Shown here: piece after piece, positions 32,492 through 33,000 of the stretch
How the letters are laid out: every line of letters begins with the position of its first letter
How positions within the stretch are numbered: position 1 is the stretch's first letter
Assembly: GCA_011109175.1 (NCBI GenBank)
Contig: RDEW01000003.1
Location: 372,001-405,000 of the forward strand
Source: Dicyema japonicum
Taxonomy: Eukaryota; Animalia; Dicyemida
Reading direction: 5' to 3'
Length of the DNA stretch: 33,000 nt
The notes under the pieces: generated by a model
What the model was told of the DNA's origin: nothing
The model's input: only the letters and a program-made list of their open reading frames with translations
Databases searched by the model: none
Position numbers and translations under genes: made by a program

Positions 32492-33000
32492 TTTTTTTTT
32501 TTTTTTTTTTAATTAAAAAAATTTTTTTAACAATTAAACAAATATCAGTTGAGGAAGCCTGCTGCGTGGATTGCGAACGAGTTCCCTCGGAGTATGGCTA
32601 TTCCAATCTTTTGTCTTAGCCATAGCCCTTCTCGTTGATCCCTTTTCTTTCTGGCAAGCAATCCTCCGAGTTCTTGCAAGAATTCAGCCGTCATTGGACC
32701 AACGGCTCCCGATGATTCGGTCGCAACAGGAGTAAATCGGTAGCGATCCCCCGAGGCAAGAATATTTCTTGATTTTTAGGTTTTCCGCGGTCGAAGCAGC
32801 TGCTCCAGGTGTCTGAACAGATTTAAAAATGTTCGTGCTTGAGAACGTGTCTATGCAAGTTGCGTCCCAGACCAAAGATCTTCCAGACGTGAAGGGGAAA
32901 AGGGTCATCCCGTCAGGTCTCTTCCCATCTCCTCGATCAAGACCCACTGGTTCAAGCTGTGCTGGGAAGCCTGAAGCTTTCAGAGCTCTGACGATCACAT
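32492..33000 (-). mobile_element. CRE-like non-LTR retrotransposon 3' end with poly(A) tail (runs off the window)
   Basis: RALKASGFPAQLEPVGLDRGDGKRPDGMTLFPF.SGRSLVWDATCIDTF...K.KKY, one frameshift, then FTPVATESSG...WLRQKIGIAILRGN...* (stop 32545-32547), a short UTR and a 19-nt T run at 32492-32510. Confidence 0.92.

Overview
This is eukaryotic, animal-like nuclear DNA in the standard genetic code, and most of it is decayed transposable elements. Four host genes can be rebuilt by hand once ultra-short GT-AG introns (21-25 nt, 21 found) are removed: ISCA2 (+, 2289-2732), glutaminyl-tRNA synthetase QARS (-, 8116-10288; frameshifted and internally deleted, probably a young pseudogene), RNase P/MRP subunit POP1 (+, 19293-21254) and a DDX21/DDX50-type DEAD-box helicase (+, 27274-28996). 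The intron size suggests a reduced parasite such as a dicyemid (inference). Between the genes lie remnants of RTE-like, I/Jockey-like and CRE-like (restriction-like endonuclease) non-LTR retrotransposons, a TIR-bounded hAT/Buster element, pogo/Tigger and probable MULE remnants, and at least three SINE families. The most novel signal is a ~310-nt SINE with about 7 copies, two of them with target-site duplications. It carries a tRNA-like head, then a pseudoknot with HDV-ribozyme topology and covarying helices, then a 3' tail shared with a LINE in the same window.
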